The notes under the pieces are model-generated. The model made no database searches. It was not told where the DNA came from and was given only the letters and a program-made list of their open reading frames with translations. DNA of 64,000 nt from Polyangiaceae bacterium (GTDB lineage Bacteria > Myxococcota_A > Polyangia > Polyangiales > Polyangiaceae), in assembly GCA_044376115.1 (NCBI GenBank), contig JBILLK010000009.1:192001-256000 (forward strand), written 5' to 3'. A program made the position numbers and the translations under genes. The stretch's first letter is position 1; each line of letters opens with the position of its first letter. Positions 1 through 11,293 of this stretch are shown piece by piece.

Positions 1-1
1 G

Positions 2-883
2 GTGATGAGCCACGATATCTTCCACCACTGGATGGGGGATCACGCGGCACACGATCCAATCCTGGTGAAGAAGCTCGCGTATCTCAATCCGACCTTCTTC
101 TACCTTCGCGCCGGCGTCTTCCTACTTACCTGGGCGGGTCTTGCGACCTGGTTCTACAAAGTGAGCAAGGAGCAAGACCAAACGGGTGACCGTTCGCTTT
201 CGGAGAAGCGACAGTCCGCGGCTGCGCCCGCAACGGCTGCGCTCGGCATCACCACGAGCTTCGCTGGTTTCGACTGGGTGATGAGTCTCGACCCACACTG
301 GTTTTCGACCATCTTCGGCGTCTATATTTTCGCTGGCGGCTTGGTCTCATCGACCGCACTGCTCGCGATCATCATCGTCCAGTTCCGCAAGGCGAACGTT
401 GGCGGTGGGCTGTTGACGGTGGAGCACCAGCACGACGTGGGGAAGTTCTTGTTCGGCTTCACCGTGTTTTGGGCCTACATCGGCTTCTCCCAGTTCATCC
501 TGATCTACTACGCCAACATTCCGGAGGAGACCATCTGGTACAAGCACCGGTGGGAAGGCGGCTGGAGCAGCTGGAGCATGCTGCTGTTCGTCGGTCACTT
601 CATCGCACCCTTCGCGATCCTGCTAGCACGTACCGCGAAGCGCTCGATGGGGTGGATCTCCCTCGGCGCCGGGGTCTTGCTGGTGATGCACTGGGTTGAT
701 CTCTACTGGCTCGTCATGCCGAATTTCGATCATCACCTGCACTTCCAGTGGGTGGATATCGCCGGCCTACTGGCTCCCGTTGGCATCACCATGGCCTTCG
801 TGTCCTGGCGCGTTCTCCGCGACCCGGCCCACCCAATCAAGGACCCCTACATTCCGGAGGCTCTCAAGGCCGAGAACCTCTGA
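2..883 (+). CDS. actF: Alternative complex III membrane subunit F (NrfD-like), probably 5'-truncated by the window edge
   Basis: Polytopic membrane protein with DWVMSLDPHWFSTIFG, HDVGKFLFGF and YYANIPEETIWY motifs typical of ActF; lies upstream of SCO-coxBACD. Confidence 0.85.
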   Translation: MMSHDIFHHWMGDHAAHDPILVKKLAYLNPTFFYLRAGVFLLTWAGLATWFYKVSKEQDQTGDRSLSEKRQSAAAPATAALGITTSFAGFDWVMSLDPHWFSTIFGVYIFAGGLVSSTALLAIIIVQFRKANVGGGLLTVEHQHDVGKFLFGFTVFWAYIGFSQFILIYYANIPEETIWYKHRWEGGWSSWSMLLFVGHFIAPFAILLARTAKRSMGWISLGAGVLLVMHWVDLYWLVMPNFDHHLHFQWVDIAGLLAPVGITMAFVSWRVLRDPAHPIKDPYIPEALKAENL

Positions 884-948
884 GTGAAGCGCGGTTTGGC
901 GAGGCGTAGAAGTGGCGGCGAAAGTCGCTCCCCAAAGACGAGGAAGCT

Positions 949-1656
949 GTGAGCAAGAAGGACGACGAGGAAGTCGACGAGAAAGACCGCTCCGACGAGG
1001 AGGAAGAAGACGAAGGGTCCGAGGACGAAGAATCCTCGGAATCCGACGAGTCTTCTGACGAATCGGAGGAGTCGGAAGACTCGGACGAGGACGAGGACGA
1101 GGACGAGTCGGTTGCGGCCAAGGATTCGCAGCATGAGTCGCACGACGACAAGCATGCCGCCGACGACCACGCTGCCGAGGACGAGGGCCCCGAGCCGGGC
1201 CTCGAGAAGGACTCACCTCGTATGGCGATCATCACGGTTGCCTATGCGGTGACGATCGTCGTGGTGATCGGGCTCGTCGTCGGCACGCAGCAGTTTTTCC
1301 ACCACTTCATGGACGCTGAGTTCAACACGAAGGTGCGGGCTCCGGTGTCGAAGCGGTTGGTCGACCTGCACAGTGCTGAGGCCCAGCGCCTCAAGCCCGA
1401 GTCAGTCAAGAAGGCTCAGGACACCGTGCTGGCAAAATACAAGACTCCGGGCGCACCCAAGGAAGCGCCAAAGCCGAAGGAGGAGCCTGCCCCGGTTCCG
1501 CCGCCGGTTCCCACGGTCAGCGCTAGTGCTTCCGCCGCGCCTAGCGCAGCGCCGACCGCTTCGGCCGCTGTGTCTTCCGCTCCGACGGCAAAGCCTACCG
1601 CGAAGCCGGGTGGAACTCCCCGACCGCCGCAGCCGACTGCACCAGACCCCTACTGA
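949..1656 (+). CDS. Single-TM hypothetical protein in the ACIII/oxidase operon (possible ActG-like accessory subunit)
   Basis: Acidic D/E/S N-terminus, His patch, one TM helix (AIITVAYAVTIVVVIGLVVG), Pro/Ala tail; sits between actF and SCO. Confidence 0.6.
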   Translation: MSKKDDEEVDEKDRSDEEEEDEGSEDEESSESDESSDESEESEDSDEDEDEDESVAAKDSQHESHDDKHAADDHAAEDEGPEPGLEKDSPRMAIITVAYAVTIVVVIGLVVGTQQFFHHFMDAEFNTKVRAPVSKRLVDLHSAEAQRLKPESVKKAQDTVLAKYKTPGAPKEAPKPKEEPAPVPPPVPTVSASASAAPSAAPTASAAVSSAPTAKPTAKPGGTPRPPQPTAPDPY

Positions 1657-1685
1657 TCCGCAGGGCACACGCCTACAACACGCTC

Positions 1686-2645
1686 ATGCTGAACCACCAC
1701 CGCTTCGCGCTTCGCTTTTGGGCTTTCGGGCTCTGGGCGGTGGTTTGTCTCTTGGGCGCCTCGGGTGTTGCTCACGCTCAGGGCTTTGGTGGTCCGCCCG
1801 GCGCACATCGGCCGGACGCAACGCCGGCTGGCGTGACTCCGGCGCAGCTGGAGGATATCGGCATCGAGGATAAGAGCGGAGCTTCCGTCCCTCGGGACGT
1901 GGCCCTTGTCGGGTCGGATGGCAGAGCCTTTAAGTTGGGGGAGTACCTCGACGGCGAGCGCCCCTTGCTCCTGGTGCTCGCCTATTACGGCTGCCCGATG
2001 CTCTGTTCGATGGTGCTAAATGGCACGATCGATGGGTTGAAGGGCGTAGAAAAAGTCCCTGGGCAGGACTACCGCGTGTTGGTTGTTAGCTTCGACCCGC
2101 GGGACACAACGGCGATTGGCCACGATAAGCGCGCTGCGTATCTGCAGGCGTTCCAACGTCCGGTGTCTCCGATTGACGGCTCTGAGCTAGGCGCTTTTGA
2201 CTTCGCAACGGGAACCGAAGCCGAGGTTCGTCGACTGGCAGACGCCGTTGGCTTTCGTTACCGCTGGGACGACACGGAGAATCAGTACGCGCATGCGGCG
2301 GGCATCTTTGTCGTTACTCCCGAGGCCAAGCTTTCAACGACGCTCACGGGTGTCCAGTACGCGCCTCAAGACATTACGAACGCACTGGTGGACGCACAGC
2401 GTGGCGTTTGGCGGTCGCCGCTGAAGAGCGTGCTGTTGTTCTGCTTCCAGTACAACCCGCACACGGGCAAATACAATCTCATTGCAGGTCGGGCCATGCG
2501 CACGGGCGCGGCGCTAACGATCGCAGCGGTCTTCTTTTTCATCTGGAGAATGCGTCGCACTGAGAAGCGCGAGGCACTACGTCAGCTTACGAAGCCAAAA
2601 GCGAGTGAGTTGAAACCCCAAGAATTGGTTCAAGGGCAATCATGA
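1686..2645 (+). CDS. SCO/SenC family copper chaperone
   Basis: CPMLC (CxxxC) motif, YAHAAG His, signal peptide and C-terminal TM; ATGA overlap with coxB. Confidence 0.88.
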   Translation: MLNHHRFALRFWAFGLWAVVCLLGASGVAHAQGFGGPPGAHRPDATPAGVTPAQLEDIGIEDKSGASVPRDVALVGSDGRAFKLGEYLDGERPLLLVLAYYGCPMLCSMVLNGTIDGLKGVEKVPGQDYRVLVVSFDPRDTTAIGHDKRAAYLQAFQRPVSPIDGSELGAFDFATGTEAEVRRLADAVGFRYRWDDTENQYAHAAGIFVVTPEAKLSTTLTGVQYAPQDITNALVDAQRGVWRSPLKSVLLFCFQYNPHTGKYNLIAGRAMRTGAALTIAAVFFFIWRMRRTEKREALRQLTKPKASELKPQELVQGQS

Positions 2646-3664
2646 GCGGTCTAACAGCAACTCTTCTCAATATTTCAGCTCAAGCGGCAGCAGCAGCGGG
2701 TTCAGCAGCGCCGGCCGAGCAGCCCTACACCATCGCCGAGGAGGGTGTTTGGCTGCCTCAGGGCTCGTCGACGTTCGCTGAGGCTTACGATTCGGCGTGG
2801 AACACCAATATCTGGATCAGCATCATCTTCTTTGTGATCGTTATTGGGCCCGGGGCGTACTTCGCGTTCAAGTACAAACGCAAAAGCGAGACCGAGAAGA
2901 CCAGCCCGATCGACCACAACCTGACGATCGAGATTGTTTGGACGCTCGTTCCGACGCTCGTGCTGTTTTACATGTTCTGGGTTGGCTTCAAAAGCTACGC
3001 CAACATCCAGGTAGCCCCGAATGAGGCGATGGAAATCCGCCTGACGGGGCAGATGTACAACTGGACCTTCGAGTATCCCAATGGCGTCGTCACCACGGAC
3101 CTGTACGTGCCGAAGGGACGGCCCGTGAAGCTCGTGATGAGCTCAAAGGACGTAATCCACTCGTTCTGGGTTCCAGAGTTCCGCGTGAAGCAGGACGTCG
3201 TTCCCGGGCTTTACACGACGATGTGGTTCGAAGCCACGCGTGAGACAACGACGACGGTCGAGTGCGCCGAGTACTGTGGTGACGGTCACTCGAAGATGCT
3301 CACCCGAGTCTACGTGTTCGAAGAGAAGAAGTTCGACGAGTTCTACGCCAACGACTTCGATGACCCGAGCAACCCAGTACCGCCTGCCGTTCGCGGCAAG
3401 CGCAAGTACGAGGCGCTGTGCGCCAGCTGCCACTCTCTCGATGGCAGTCGTATCCAAGGGCCTACCTTCCAGGGTGTGTGGGGCCGCAAAGAGCTCCTCG
3501 CCGACGGTAGCGAAGTTACGGTCGACGCCAACTACATAAAGTCCAGCATCGTCAATCCCCAGGGCCAGCTCGTCCAAGGTTACCCGCCGACGATGCCCGC
3601 GTTTTCCTATCTCAAAGAGAAAGACATCGATGGGATCATCGCCTTCCTCAAGGAGCAAAAGTAG
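2642..3664 (+). CDS. coxB: Cytochrome c oxidase subunit II with fused cytochrome c (caa3 type)
   Basis: Two TMs, DVIHSFWVP, CuA motif [13 protein letters not shown]-terminal CASCH...MP heme c domain. Confidence 0.95.
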   Translation: MSGLTATLLNISAQAAAAAGSAAPAEQPYTIAEEGVWLPQGSSTFAEAYDSAWNTNIWISIIFFVIVIGPGAYFAFKYKRKSETEKTSPIDHNLTIEIVWTLVPTLVLFYMFWVGFKSYANIQVAPNEAMEIRLTGQMYNWTFEYPNGVVTTDLYVPKGRPVKLVMSSKDVIHSFWVPEFRVKQDVVPGLYTTMWFEATRETTTTVECAEYCGDGHSKMLTRVYVFEEKKFDEFYANDFDDPSNPVPPAVRGKRKYEALCASCHSLDGSRIQGPTFQGVWGRKELLADGSEVTVDANYIKSSIVNPQGQLVQGYPPTMPAFSYLKEKDIDGIIAFLKEQK

Positions 3665-3666
3665 TC

Positions 3667-5297
<1,631 letters not shown>

Positions 5298-5298
<1 letters not shown>

Positions 5299-5975
5299 TG
5301 AGCGCTGTAGCTAATGAAGCTGTAGCCGGTGATCAAACCAAGTCCCCGGACTTCCACGTTGCCCACCATTTCGATAAGGCGGACACGCAGTTCGACGCTG
5401 CTCGGATGGGAATCTGGTTGTTCCTGGTCACCGAGGTGCTGTTCTTCGGCGGGCTGTTCTGCGCGTTCTTCATCTATCGAGGGTGGTACTTCGATAGCTT
5501 CGTCGAGGCCCATCACCATCTCGATAAGCAGATGGGAGCGCTGAACACGCTCTTCCTGATCACTTCGAGCCTCACGATGGCGCTTGCCGTCCGAGCCGCG
5601 CAGATGACGCAAAAGGCGCAGGCCACGCGGATGCTGCTGGTGACGTTTCTGCTCGCCGGCGCGTTCTTGGTGGTGAAGTACTTCGAGTACAGCCACAAGA
5701 TTCACGACGGCTTGCTGCCCGGTGCGATGTTTCACGCTCAGGGCTTCACCACCGCTCACCCCGGTACCTTCTTCGCGATCTACTTCGTCATGACCGGGAT
5801 CCACGGTCTGCACGTGGTGATTGGCATGGGGCTGATCTTGTGGATTCTCCTTCGCAACATGAAGGGGGAATTCTCGAGCCGCTACTACGCACCGGTCGAG
5901 GGTGTTGGGCTTTATTGGCATCTCGTCGACTTGATCTGGATCTACCTCTTTCCGCTTCTCTACTTGGTGGGCTGA
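5298..5975 (+). CDS. coxC: Cytochrome c oxidase subunit III
   Basis: GIWLFLVTEVLFF, TGIHGLHV, YWHLVDLIW; ATG at 5298 overlaps the coxA stop. Confidence 0.93.
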
Positions 5976-5978
5976 ACC

Positions 5979-6554
5979 ATGTCCGATGCTCATTCTCACG
6001 CGCACGCTGGCCCCGACCACGTGCCCCACGTTTCGCCTCTATCGCTCTACCTGAAGACCTTTGGCGCGCTGATGGTGCTGACGGTGATCACCGTCGGTGC
6101 CAGCTACGTCGACCTCGGTACCAGCGTGAACTTGGCGCTGGCGATCGTGATCGCGACGATCAAGGCGACCGTGGTTGCCACGTTCTTCATGCATCTCATC
6201 ACCGACTCGAAGTTCCACGCGATCGCGTTGGTCTCGAGCGTGGTGTTCTTGAGCATCTTCGTGGGCTTCACGATGCTCGATACGACGGCTCGCGGTCAGT
6301 ACGATAGTGCTCGTCGTGGGCGACCGGCCGTTATGACCGATCCGTTCGCGGTACCGTCCGCGGCAACGTCCGCTGCACCGAAGGCGAGCGCGGCTCCCGC
6401 TGCAGGTTCGGCCGCGTCTTCGGCGTCCGCTGCTGCGTCTGCTGCTGTTTCGGCAGCTCCTTCGGTCTCCGCGCCCGCTGCCTCGGCCGCGCCCGCTGCT
6501 TCGGCTGCTGTCTCCGCGGCTCCCTCCGCAAGCGCTGCACCATCCGCCAAGTAA
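5979..6554 (+). CDS. coxD: Cytochrome c oxidase subunit IV family protein with Ala/Ser/Pro tail
   Basis: Three TMs with IATIKA..V...FMHL motif; follows coxC. Confidence 0.85.
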   Translation: MSDAHSHAHAGPDHVPHVSPLSLYLKTFGALMVLTVITVGASYVDLGTSVNLALAIVIATIKATVVATFFMHLITDSKFHAIALVSSVVFLSIFVGFTMLDTTARGQYDSARRGRPAVMTDPFAVPSAATSAAPKASAAPAAGSAASSASAAASAAVSAAPSVSAPAASAAPAASAAVSAAPSASAAPSAK

Positions 6555-6617
6555 GCTGGCCCGTTGGCGAGCGAACATCGCGACCCTCCACTGTCGAAAG
6601 ATTGGTGAGGCGTCGCG

Positions 6618-7934
6618 ATGTCGCTATTTGAGGCCGCCGAAGAGCGTCTTTCGGATCCCGATCTCGCCGGGGTGTTGGAGGTCGTTCCACACGAGGGCGC
6701 GTCGGAGGACCCAGCCGATCGCTGGTTGATTTGGCTTCGATGGGTAGCTGTGGTCGGGATGGGGGCCACCACCGTGTTCGCGTCGATGCTCGTCGAGGCG
6801 CTCAACGTCGTTCCGCTGATGTCGGTGTTGCTGCTGATCGGCGCGTCGAACCTGCTTTGGTACGCGGCGCTATCGCCTTCGGTGCGGCGGTTGCGCAAGT
6901 CGGGGGCGAGCGAGCACGTCGGCGCGCCGCGTCGCACCGTCGAGATCCAGCTGGCGGTGGACGTCGTGTCCTTGGGTTTGATGCTCTGGTTCGCGGGTGG
7001 CATCGGCAACCCGTTCGCCGTCTACCTCGTCTTCCAGATCGCCCTCGCGGGCCTTTTGTGCACGCCGCGCGCGACCTTGTTGATCGCCTTGATCACGGTC
7101 GCCACGGCCGGAGCGCTCACGTTTGCTCGGCCCTTACCAGCCGTCTCCGAGCGCGTGGCGTCGTTTGCGGCCTGGACCTCGATCGCCTCGCTGGCGACGT
7201 TGCTCGCGGTGTTTGTCGCGGTCTACGCGCGCCGCTTGAGCAGCTTGCGCGCGGAGGGTGCAAGGAACGAGAAGCTCGCCGCGCTCGGCCGCCTCGTGGG
7301 GATGATGTCGCACGAGCTCAACACGCCGCTTTCGACGATCCTGCTCTTGTCGGGAGACCTTGCCGAGTTTAGGGCGAGGATGCCGGCCGCCGAGATCGAA
7401 GAGATGGTGTTGGCGATCGCCCACGAAGCCAAGCGCGCGCACGAGATCGTTGGCTTGGTTCGTGGTCACATCGGCGCCGACCAGTCGCTCGAGGCGGTGG
7501 AGCTCGCCGCCTTTGTGCGTGAGCACGCTGAGGCCGAGCTCGCCCGGCTGAACTTTGATGGCGCGGTCGAGTTTGATCTGCGCGGGCCACTCGTGGTGTC
7601 GGTGTTGCCTCGTGCGTTGGTGCAGGTGCTGGTGAACATCCTGAAGAACGCTTGCGAAGCCAGTTTGCTCGCGAGTCGCAAGAGCATTCATGTGGCGGTG
7701 TACGCTCGCGCTGGCAGGGCCGAGCTGGTTGTGGAGGATCGCGGGCCGGGCTTTAGTCCGGAGGTCTTGGCGCGAGTCGGTGAGCCGTTCTCCACCACCA
7801 AAGAGCGCGCGGGTGGCATGGGGATGGGGCTTTATGTGAGCGCAATGCTCGCGAAGCGGATGGGGGCGTCGCTTTCCGTTGCAACCCGGCGCTCTGGCGG
7901 GGCGCGTGTGGTTTTGGCCATGGGCTTGCGCTAG
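6618..7934 (+). CDS. RegB/PrrB-like membrane histidine kinase
   Basis: LRW N-terminal motif, GGIGNPF (GGxxNPF), H-box SHELNTPL, N box NILKNA, DRGPG, GMGMGL. Confidence 0.85.
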   Translation: MSLFEAAEERLSDPDLAGVLEVVPHEGASEDPADRWLIWLRWVAVVGMGATTVFASMLVEALNVVPLMSVLLLIGASNLLWYAALSPSVRRLRKSGASEHVGAPRRTVEIQLAVDVVSLGLMLWFAGGIGNPFAVYLVFQIALAGLLCTPRATLLIALITVATAGALTFARPLPAVSERVASFAAWTSIASLATLLAVFVAVYARRLSSLRAEGARNEKLAALGRLVGMMSHELNTPLSTILLLSGDLAEFRARMPAAEIEEMVLAIAHEAKRAHEIVGLVRGHIGADQSLEAVELAAFVREHAEAELARLNFDGAVEFDLRGPLVVSVLPRALVQVLVNILKNACEASLLASRKSIHVAVYARAGRAELVVEDRGPGFSPEVLARVGEPFSTTKERAGGMGMGLYVSAMLAKRMGASLSVATRRSGGARVVLAMGLR

Positions 7935-7945
7935 CCAGCGGACTT

Positions 7946-7969
7946 CCTCCCAGATCGAGGGAGGTTTTT
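7946..7969 (+). terminator. Candidate intrinsic terminator
   Basis: CCTCCC-7 nt loop-GGGAGG followed by TTTTT, just after the kinase stop codon. Confidence 0.55.
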
Positions 7970-8025
7970 CGTGAGTCGAGCGTAAGCTTTCCGCCCCACT
8001 CCCGTTGAAGCCTGGACAGCAGGTT

Positions 8026-8041
8026 TGGCACAAAGCTCGCA
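8026..8041 (+). promoter_or_regulatory. Candidate sigma54 (-24/-12) promoter
   Basis: TGGCACAAAGCTCGCA has exact GG-N10-GC spacing, about 70 nt upstream of the RBS-supported ATG at 8112. Confidence 0.55.
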
Positions 8042-8111
8042 TTCGCTGCACTTGAACCCAAGGCAACGGTGGTTTTGGGGTCTTGTCCTATTGCAGACGA
8101 AAGGTGGAGGG

Positions 8112-10301
8112 ATGTTAAAGCGCGGTGTTCGGGTCAGCTTCTGGGGTGGAGTTGTCGGGCTGGCGGCGCTTTCGGCGGGGTGCACCCCGGCCAACCCATC
8201 GGGAGAGGCCGTGCGCGCAGCGCCCGCTCCCAAACGTGCCGACGCAGTTCGTCTGGAGAGTTCCTGCGCCCGCGTAGCTCCGGGCCGAGGACCTGTGCGT
8301 GAAGGCACAGTGCGACAAGGCTCGACCGTCGCTCTAGCGCGTGAGCCCGAGCGTCTCTTGGCCTACGTCGCCGACCGAGATCGTAACCAGATCAGCGTCG
8401 TGGACGTGACCCACAACGCTCTCGTTCAAACCATCCCAGCCTCAGGGGCGCCCGAGCAGCTGCTCGTCCTCGCCGACGGTAGGGTGGTGGCCAGCATCGC
8501 GGACGGAGCTCACATCGAAGTGTTTGAGCCAACCGGAGACGCCGAGCGAGTGCTCGAGTCGCGCTGCGCACGAACGTTGCCTGCAGGGCCTTTCGGGTTG
8601 GCGCTCTCGCCCGATGAAGAAACGCTGGTCGTGACCAGCGCATGGGAAGCCGCACTTTCATCGCTCGACGCGAAGGACCTTTCGCTTCGCGGTGCGCAGA
8701 GCCTGCCACGCTCCCCGCGGGGCGTGCTCGTTGACGAAACCAATCGCGCCTTCGTCAGCCACATCGCGGGGGCTTCGCTATCGGTCGTTGAGTTGTCCAA
8801 ACTCGAGCAAGCGCCGCGCAAGATCGACTTGCGCGTCAAGGCTGCGTCGCTGCGCGGTGAGAACCTCGATCTCGACGTGCTCCGCGGCGGCGTGCAGGGG
8901 TACGCCTTGGCCGGTGTTGAAGTTGCTCCGACGTTGCTCGAGCCAGGTGGTGCGCTGAAGAACGACGCTGGTGGTATCGCAGGCGAGCGCCCGCGCCCGT
9001 TGGCCGGCAAGGCTCCCGTCGCTCCCAAAGCTGCACCTACTCCGCAGCCTCCCGTGAGCGCCAATGCTCCCAAGGCGCCGGCTCAACCCGATGGGCCCAA
9101 GACGCCGATGATCGGCGTGACGCCGCCCGGGCCCGATCCGATTCCGACGCCAGCACCTCGTCCCGCGCAGGCGAAGTCGGCGATGCGCTTGATCGTGCCG
9201 ATGGTCAGCTTGGACCCGGGTGATCGCAACCGGCCGACGCAAATGTACTACGGCCCACCGCCCACCGCCGGCGTGCCCAAGGAGGCACCCATCGCTGTGG
9301 TCGTCGACGCCAAGTCCGAAAAGTCGATGAGCTCGCACGTGCTCGCTCCAACGGCCAACTTGCGCGGGGAGGAGTGTCTGCTTCCGCGCGCGGTGGCTTA
9401 TCGCAAGGACGCGCAGCAGTTGCTCGTCACGTGTATGGGCATCGATCAGATGTTGGTGCTCGATGCTCGCGCCGCGGATCCGATGAGGGCGATCGTCGAA
9501 CGGCATCATGTACCGGCCGGACCAACCGGCGTTGCGATCGCCGAGACTGAGCGCGTGGCGGTGACCTTCGGCCAGTTCGACGCATCGCTCGCGGTCGTTT
9601 CGCTCGATGGTAAGGGCTCGCGAACCATCCCGATCGATGTTGGTGCCTCGTCCATCTCGCCGACGGACGCAGATGGCCGTCGCCTCTTCTACTTGAGCAA
9701 CGACACCCGCCTAACGTCGGACGGCGTTGCATGTGCCAGCTGCCATCCGGATGGTGGAGATGACGGCGTGTCGTGGTCGACTCCGGAGGGCATGCGGCAA
9801 ACGCTGATGCTCGCGGGCCGTGTGCAGGGTACCGCGCCCTACGGTTGGTCGCGAAAGCAGGGCACGCTCGCTACGTACATCAACGATACCTCGCGACGGC
9901 TCGGGGGCAGTGGGTTGCCCAAAAACGAGCTCGACGCACTTGCTGCTTTCGTGAAGCACCTGCCCGGCCCGCCGCGACGCGAGGCGAATTCGGCGCTCGT
10001 TGACGAAGGCCGTGAGGTCTTCTTCTCCTCAGGCTGTGACGGCTGTCACGTTGCAGCGGTTGGCACCGACGCTCGCTCCTACGAGTTCTCCGCCGATGAG
10101 CCGTCGCCCTACTCGAGTTTGCGCGAGGGCTTCGACACCCCGTCGCTGCTCAATGTTCGTGCGACTGGACCGTACTTCCATGATGGTCGCTACCCGACGC
10201 TGGAGGCGCTGTTGGCCGATCCGAGCAGCCAGATGGGCAACACCTCGCGGCTTTCGCCGCAGGAGCAAGCGTCGCTCAAAGCCTTCCTCGAATCGCTGTG
10301 A
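8112..10301 (+). CDS. Lipoprotein with YVTN-like beta-propeller and di-heme cytochrome c (CcP/MauG-like) domain, copy 1
   Basis: GGAGG RBS, lipobox LSAGC, propeller repeats, CASCH and CDGCH, DTPSL..V..TGPYFHDGRY. Confidence 0.82.
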   Translation: MLKRGVRVSFWGGVVGLAALSAGCTPANPSGEAVRAAPAPKRADAVRLESSCARVAPGRGPVREGTVRQGSTVALAREPERLLAYVADRDRNQISVVDVTHNALVQTIPASGAPEQLLVLADGRVVASIADGAHIEVFEPTGDAERVLESRCARTLPAGPFGLALSPDEETLVVTSAWEAALSSLDAKDLSLRGAQSLPRSPRGVLVDETNRAFVSHIAGASLSVVELSKLEQAPRKIDLRVKAASLRGENLDLDVLRGGVQGYALAGVEVAPTLLEPGGALKNDAGGIAGERPRPLAGKAPVAPKAAPTPQPPVSANAPKAPAQPDGPKTPMIGVTPPGPDPIPTPAPRPAQAKSAMRLIVPMVSLDPGDRNRPTQMYYGPPPTAGVPKEAPIAVVVDAKSEKSMSSHVLAPTANLRGEECLLPRAVAYRKDAQQLLVTCMGIDQMLVLDARAADPMRAIVERHHVPAGPTGVAIAETERVAVTFGQFDASLAVVSLDGKGSRTIPIDVGASSISPTDADGRRLFYLSNDTRLTSDGVACASCHPDGGDDGVSWSTPEGMRQTLMLAGRVQGTAPYGWSRKQGTLATYINDTSRRLGGSGLPKNELDALAAFVKHLPGPPRREANSALVDEGREVFFSSGCDGCHVAAVGTDARSYEFSADEPSPYSSLREGFDTPSLLNVRATGPYFHDGRYPTLEALLADPSSQMGNTSRLSPQEQASLKAFLESL

Positions 10302-11182
10302 GCTTTCGACCTTGGGCGTGGCTCACCTGCGCGAGCGTCATCGCTTGCGGCCCTGGCTTCACCTTTGAACAGCCGATCTACAACGAGGCTGCGACCAAAG
10401 CGCCGGTGCCTATCGTAGGCGAGCGTCGCCCAAGCGAACGGCGGCGCGACTTTAACTACGCCGCGCTGCCGCTGTTGCGGCAGGAGGTCGGCTTGGCAGC
10501 CGATGTGAAGGTGCATCTCGGTGCCTCGCTCCGCGCGGAACGGGGGATGACAGCGCTGGTCACGCAAGGAGAAAAGCGCAGTTTTACCGAGGCCCCTTGG
10601 TCGGCAGGCGCCCCCGCCTCCTATGCGCCGCCGGTGACTTGTCCGTCTTCCGGCGAGAGCCCCAAGGCCTCATGGTTTGCGCTCGACCCACGAAAGAAGG
10701 CCGCGCGGAGCTGGTTCATGCTCGAACTCGAAGGGCGATTGGTCGCTGAGGACTGCTCAACCCAAACCGAGAAGATCTCCACTGTGACGGCCGCCGCGCT
10801 GGTCGACGATGTGCTCTATGGCTATCGACGTTGCGCTGCGCCGGACTGCAGCACTGAGGAGCTGGTGCTGATTGGGCCTGGGCTGCAATGGGTTTCGTCC
10901 ACGGCTCCAACGGTTGACGGACAGACCAAACCGCCAGTCGGTGTCTTCTCCCGCTTAGTCGTGCCCGTTCGTCCTTCGCAAGCGGCTTCGGTTTTGTTGC
11001 ATGTCGACCGTGTGGTGCTGCAGCGCTGGGCCGCGGCAGAGATGGTGGAGCAGCTCGAAAGGGAGCTCGGCGCTTGGCCAGACAACACCGCGCTGCAACT
11101 TACCGTGGACGTGGTTTGGCTGGCGGCTGAGCCACACGCGACCGGGAGTCTATCGCTCGGCGTGGTCGATCCGCGGCCTTAA
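10298..11182 (+). CDS. Uncharacterised lipoprotein, partner copy 1
   Basis: Lipobox VIAC, GTGA overlap with upstream gene, homologous to 13306 and 16304. Confidence 0.7.
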   Translation: MSFRPWAWLTCASVIACGPGFTFEQPIYNEAATKAPVPIVGERRPSERRRDFNYAALPLLRQEVGLAADVKVHLGASLRAERGMTALVTQGEKRSFTEAPWSAGAPASYAPPVTCPSSGESPKASWFALDPRKKAARSWFMLELEGRLVAEDCSTQTEKISTVTAAALVDDVLYGYRRCAAPDCSTEELVLIGPGLQWVSSTAPTVDGQTKPPVGVFSRLVVPVRPSQAASVLLHVDRVVLQRWAAAEMVEQLERELGAWPDNTALQLTVDVVWLAAEPHATGSLSLGVVDPRP

Positions 11183-11293
11183 CGCTGGGGCTTGCATCTT
11201 CCGCGCGTTGTTCGGGAACCGACGGCGGGGAGCGTTGTCAGTTCGCGAGCTCGATCGACGGGCAACGCTGGGCCGCGCAAGCCGAGGTGCCGC

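Noticed and set aside
961..1110. GACGAG-type short tandem repeats
   Set aside because: They encode the acidic tract of the protein; no repeat-spacer structure, so not CRISPR
6360..6550. GCN/TCN-rich repetitive DNA
   Set aside because: Coding Ala/Ser/Pro tail of CoxD, not an independent repeat element
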